From: an uncultured virus (IMG/VR IMGVR_UViG_2687453727_000003)
Lineage: Duplodnaviria; Heunggongvirae; Uroviricota; Caudoviricetes
Strand: one strand, 5' to 3'
DNA length: 64,000 nt
IMG/VR virus record: IMGVR_UViG_2687453727_000003
Below are positions 60,955 to 64,000 of the stretch, piece by piece. Position numbers and translations under genes: made by a program. The notes beneath the pieces are model-generated. The model did not search any database and had not been told where the DNA came from. It was given only the letters and a program-made list of their open reading frames with translations. Numbering within the stretch: position 1 is the first letter of the stretch; each line of letters begins with the position of its first letter.

Positions 60955-61794
60955 ATGAAGAAAATAGTTGCTTTAATTGTTATTGTAAATTTCATTTGCA
61001 GGATAATTGGGTTTACTGTAAACATTAATGAAGTTGTCAGAGTTGATAATTTAATTGAAAAAGATAGATTGCAAACTATAAAAGAAAAAGGAAATCTTAC
61101 TGTTGCAGCTGCCTCAAGTGATCCACCGTTCTATTTTTTAGATATTAACACTCAAAAGGTAAGAGGCATTGACGCAGATATAATAAATGAAATTTCAAAT
61201 AGGCTTAAAATTAATAAAGTTGATTTTAAAAGCACAGTGTTTTCAGAATTATTACAAAGATTAAAAACTGACGAAAATATAGATATAGCATCTGGTGGAA
61301 TGTATATAATTCCAGAGAGAGAGAAAGAAGCATCCTTTACTCATCCATTATATGCGGAAACAGAGGCAGTTATAGTTCCAAAGGCATCAAAAATTAATTT
61401 CAAAGAAGATTTGAAAAATGCAGTAGTTGGAGTAGAAAAAGGAACTATATACTTAGAATTAGCTCAAAAATGGAAGACTGCTGGCTTAATAAAAGACATA
61501 GAAATTTTTCAAAGCATATCTGAATTGCTAGATTCAATAAACAATGGGAAAATAGATGCTGGTATAGCAGATTCACTTGTTGTAAACAAAGATTTAAAAG
61601 ATAATACGAATCTTTTTTTAAAGACGCTAGATGATTATAGCCCGGAACTAATAGGGAATGTAGGAATAGCTGTTAGAAAAAATGATAATACTCTACTAAA
61701 CGTACTAAATGAAAAGATTGATGAGATGAAAGCAGATGGAACGATGTACGCAATTCTTAAAGAAAATGGATTAGATAAGAATAATATTGTGTAA
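60955..61794 (+). CDS. Orphan polar amino-acid ABC substrate-binding protein (family 3)
   Basis: PPF, GIDADI, VGVEKGT, GKIDA, KADGT motifs. Confidence 0.9.
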   Translation: MKKIVALIVIVNFICRIIGFTVNINEVVRVDNLIEKDRLQTIKEKGNLTVAAASSDPPFYFLDINTQKVRGIDADIINEISNRLKINKVDFKSTVFSELLQRLKTDENIDIASGGMYIIPEREKEASFTHPLYAETEAVIVPKASKINFKEDLKNAVVGVEKGTIYLELAQKWKTAGLIKDIEIFQSISELLDSINNGKIDAGIADSLVVNKDLKDNTNLFLKTLDDYSPELIGNVGIAVRKNDNTLLNVLNEKIDEMKADGTMYAILKENGLDKNNIV

Positions 61795-61814
61795 ATTAAA
61801 GAACTGATATATGT

Positions 61815-61851
61815 TAGCAGTAGATAGGAGTAATCCAACTACTGCTTTTTT
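61815..61851 (+). terminator. Intrinsic terminator of a repeated family
   Basis: agcagtag...ctactgct plus T-run; relatives at about 63536 (inverted) and 63814. Confidence 0.7.
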
Positions 61852-62041
61852 AGAATATTTAATGAGGGTAGATAATGAAATCTTTTTGAGGCATGGAGAA
61901 ATATACAACAATATAATTGCTCATATCACTTTAATATATTATAGTATTTGGAAAATGTTACTGAAATATTCCGATTAACTTATTACGTAAAGGCACTTTT
62001 TAAATTAGCAAAGAAATTCATCACAATTGTATTAAAACGAT

Positions 62042-63085
62042 TCATTTTTTTATATATTCCTCGTAAGGGAACGGAACTATAATTTCTCCATCAACAACAT
62101 TATAGTTTGTATTTTCAGTAGGACTTAAATTGTTAACTAAATTCATTCCAACATTATAGAATACTTCTGCTAAAACTTTAGGGTCTTGAATAACAGTACC
62201 AGTCATAAATCCTTTATCAATTAGAGATTTTGCTTCAGGAATTCCATCAATTCCAACAACAGCTATATTTTTTGATTTTTCACCCTTATTATAGCCGTAT
62301 TTTTGAAGTGCCTCAACTGCCCCTATTGCCATATCATCATTATTTGAAATTATTGCCTCAATTTTACCATCATATCTAAGAAATAAGGATTCAATAGAAT
62401 CTTTAGATAAGGTCTTAAGCCAATTAGCATTTACTAATGCTAATTGTTCTATATTTATCCCTGAATTACTAATTGTTGAAATAGCATATTTTGTTCTGTC
62501 GATTGTGACTGGATCTTTAGCTTGACCATGTAATAGAACATATTGTAGAATGTTATCATTATTTTTATCTAGTGCACTCTTATCAGCATTCCATAGATTA
62601 ACTAGGATATTACCTTGAACAGTGCCAGCTAAATCAGAATTTGCCAGTATAAAAGCAGCTTTATCATAATATTTAGAAACTTTAGACACTACTTCCGGAT
62701 CTACATCTAAAAAAACTATTGGAAGATTTTTTGATTTAACTTTAAAAATAATATCTTCAACAAAGTTTTCACTTGTATCAGCTAGGTTTGCCAAAATTAA
62801 ATCGAAATCATTTTGAGAAACGTAATCTATTGTTTCATTTTGTAGCGCTATATTGTTTTTTCCATCAAAAAAAGTAAATTTGATTTTATCAGAATTATCC
62901 TTTTGGATATTTTCTAAACTTTGTTTAAGTGATGACATAAATGGATCGAATGTATATAGTAATACGGCAACATTTGTTATATTTTTATTGTTTAAATTTA
63001 GGTCGTAAAATGTACTAATTTTAATAAATTTTACTGTAATATTCATTAATAGTACTATAACTAATACTTTTTTTAATATCCACAT
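62042..63085 (-). CDS. Orphan galactose/glucose-binding protein (MglB-like)
   Basis: NNDDMAIGAVEAL, VVGIDG and GTVIQD motifs. Confidence 0.9.
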   Translation of the reverse strand: MWILKKVLVIVLLMNITVKFIKISTFYDLNLNNKNITNVAVLLYTFDPFMSSLKQSLENIQKDNSDKIKFTFFDGKNNIALQNETIDYVSQNDFDLILANLADTSENFVEDIIFKVKSKNLPIVFLDVDPEVVSKVSKYYDKAAFILANSDLAGTVQGNILVNLWNADKSALDKNNDNILQYVLLHGQAKDPVTIDRTKYAISTISNSGINIEQLALVNANWLKTLSKDSIESLFLRYDGKIEAIISNNDDMAIGAVEALQKYGYNKGEKSKNIAVVGIDGIPEAKSLIDKGFMTGTVIQDPKVLAEVFYNVGMNLVNNLSPTENTNYNVVDGEIIVPFPYEEYIKK

Positions 63086-63137
63086 TATAATCCTCCATTT
63101 AGGGTATTAGATTTAATGATATGATTTTCTTCTATTT

Positions 63138-63458
63138 TTATGAAATGTATACATCACCATCACCAACGATTACAATTCTGTAATCAGCTTTAAATGGAAT
63201 TAAATTATATTTTTGTGAGTTAGGAGATAAATATAAAGCTTGAACCGCAAGAAAATTTTTATCGAATATAACTATATAAGCATTTTTATCAGTTGAAACA
63301 TTTTGAACATTATATGTATTAGTGTTTATAGCGAAGTTTTTTAAATCGTCTGGGGTATATACGCCTTGCTTGTATATATTGCTTGGAGTAGGATCAGCTA
63401 AAGCTAGAGCAGGAAAAACACATAATAAAATTAATAATACAGCTATAATTTTTTTCAT
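63138..63458 (-). CDS. Small secreted hypothetical protein
   Basis: Signal peptide ending ALA; YKQGVY and IVGDGDVYIS motifs. Confidence 0.7.
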   Translation of the reverse strand: MKKIIAVLLILLCVFPALALADPTPSNIYKQGVYTPDDLKNFAINTNTYNVQNVSTDKNAYIVIFDKNFLAVQALYLSPNSQKYNLIPFKADYRIVIVGDGDVYIS

Positions 63459-64000
63459 TTCAAAGCCACCTTTCATACTTAGTATGGCATCAAATTTAAA
63501 TAACATTCCTTAAATATCATTGTATGAAAAAAGTAAAAGCAGCAACTAGAAGGAATCTAATTACCGCTTTTTGTGAATTAATATTATGCCAGTACTGTTG
63601 AGACTACTAGTTTTTTAGGAAATACTATTATATAACTAATATATCACAAATAAAGGAAAGTGTGTAAATTAAATAGAAAGTAGTTTGACTTTTGTTAAAA
63701 TATGTTATGATGTAATTGAGAGAGTTAAGAGAATATGTTGGGTGCTCATTTAAGCATTTCGAAATAAAGGGAGTAGGGAGAAATCTTTATTCCCTTTATT
63801 CATTACTGTATTAATAGCAGTAGTTAGGAGAGCTTTAACTGCTGCTTTTTTATTAAAACCCAAAAGTAAAAAAAATAATTACATAGTGTTATAGATTACT
63901 ATAATTTTTAATAAAGAAAGGGACCGTACATATAAAATGATACCTATAGACTGGACACATGAAAAAAAGTGTTTAGTCTGTAGGTGTTTTTTTATATAAT

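Larger units (their letters stand above)
690..64000. mobile_element. Temperate contractile-tailed prophage integrated in comGA; right end not seen in the window
   Basis: Integrase, CI/Cro switch, RecT, replication initiator, terminases, portal, capsid, sheath/tube, tape measure, baseplate, fibres, holins and lysin in canonical order. Membership of genes after 60837 is inferred only from the missing comGA 3' half. Confidence 0.9.

Noticed and set aside
63110..63530. Sporulation sigma-factor promoters (CATACAAT / CATATCAT)
   Set aside because: The -10-like words lack well-spaced -35 elements and are too weak to call in AT-rich DNA.
60838..64000. attR / comGA 3' half
   Set aside because: No frame continuing with GKS/T or a PilB-type Walker B was found.

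Overview
Very AT-rich Firmicute DNA, most likely a Clostridium of the beijerinckii/butyricum type (inferred from the protein families). Almost the whole window is one temperate, contractile-tailed (PBSX/Xkd-like) prophage. It has integrated through a large serine recombinase into the Walker A codons of a ComGA/PilB-type competence ATPase gene (attL near 665-715). The right junction and the 3' half of comGA are not visible, so the element probably runs past 64000. Layout: integrase (667-2388); an accessory/defence island of about 11 kb (2.5-13.8 kb); immunity switch (14-16 kb); recombination/replication (16-24 kb); late activator plus morons including a Spo0E-family protein and a C5 methyltransferase (24-29.4 kb); packaging/head (29.5-39.5 kb); tail, baseplate and fibres (39.5-56.7 kb); Ig-like morons, lysis genes and orphan solute-binding proteins (56.9-63.5 kb). 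The best candidate for an undescribed system is the operon at 3502-6015: an ImmA/IrrE metallopeptidase, a divergent class III nucleotide cyclase fused to a degenerate NUDIX domain, and a Pycsar-type (DUF5706) membrane effector. The same island holds a Septu-like PtuA/PtuB pair, two paralogous HEPN genes (one split by an IS3), a candidate type I toxin RNA, a structured sRNA and a repeated terminator-promoter unit that brackets a cassette. All calls come from reading motifs by eye; no database searches were run.
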